Assembly: GCA_977016875.1 (NCBI GenBank)
Contig: CDRNST010000199.1
Span: 248,001 to 312,000 of the forward strand
DNA length: 64,000 nt
Origin: Pavona decussata
Lineage: Eukaryota
Reading direction: 5' to 3'
Below the pieces are notes generated by a model that searched no databases, was not told where the DNA came from, and saw only the letters and a program-made list of their open reading frames with translations. Each line of letters starts with the position of its first letter. Position 1 is the first letter of the stretch. The translations under genes and the position numbers were made by a program. This document shows positions 63,467 to 64,000 of the stretch, one piece after another.

Positions 63467-63723
63467 AATCATCTCACATCCAACAAGCGCAAGTGGAATA
63501 ATTGTTTTATTAAAAACAACCGAGAAATATTGCTAGATCTTACTGATTTCGCTGTGCAAGAACGACCAGAAGGCAATTTAATGGTCGCCATTTCTCGGCC
63601 ATGGCATAATTGCTCATATACCATGGCCGCTAAGCCAATCAAATCCCTCGAATTGCATTATACAATGATGCAGTTTTTAATAAAAGAGTATAGACCATAG
63701 AAAACTGCCGTCAATTTGTTAAA
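63082..63723 (+). mobile_element. Crypton-like non-autonomous element interrupted by a second one (63390-63683, opposite orientation)
   Basis: Outer element: CTGATTGGCT near the left end; hairpin arms AACAAATCGACGGCAGTTTTCTATGGTCTATA / TATAGACCATAGAAAACTGCCGTCAATTTGTT split by the insert. Inner element: hairpin at 63392-63506 and CCAAT at ~63635. Confidence 0.65.
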
Positions 63724-64000
63724 TACATCCGAGTGTTGATTTTATTGTCTCCAAAGGAAAAAAATGACGAAAATAAAATTCAGGAAAGAATTACATCTCA
63801 GTAATGAATAAAACTTGGAGACAGCAAAAGCCGCGTGAACGATGATCGTGTTTTTAAAATTATTTCGTCGTATCTAAGTGATTCAATGTACAGGTGGGCA
63901 ATTAATCTGTTATGTTAGTGCTACTAATATGATATGAAATTTTTACCATAATAGTTAGTAACATCTGTACCTAAGAAGGCTGGTCTGGCTAGCCGAAATA

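Overview
Eukaryotic (animal) genomic DNA. It is AT-rich, has GT-AG introns and is dense in MITEs and SINEs; the repeat style suggests an anthozoan or stony coral, but that is inference. Three spliced host genes can be rebuilt exon by exon with consistent phases: (1) a 13-exon, ~450-aa TLDc-domain protein of the MEAK7/EAK-7/Rtc5 type (minus strand, 457-11076); (2) head-to-head with it, a 17-exon, 673-aa dymeclin (DYM; plus strand, 11594-28810); (3) a 4-exon, ~377-aa inhibitory Smad (Smad6/7; minus strand, 45978-47634). An N-run at 32316-32753 lies between DYM and the Smad. Upstream of the Smad is an intronless Crypton-type tyrosine-recombinase (YR) element. It sits in the middle of a 20-bp minisatellite and carries a nested TTAA-TSD MITE. 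Main signals: (a) the Smad6/7 promoter has GTCTAGAC-N3-CACGTG, the SBE/E-box module I recall from the mammalian SMAD7 promoter, and the gene is next to DYM as in human; (b) the YR element and four sequence-divergent non-autonomous elements all end in a long hairpin with the same strand-specific apex (tandem GA/GA mismatch, short stem, GNA triloop), which suggests a folded single-stranded DNA recombination substrate. Coordinates were counted by hand and may be off by a few bases.
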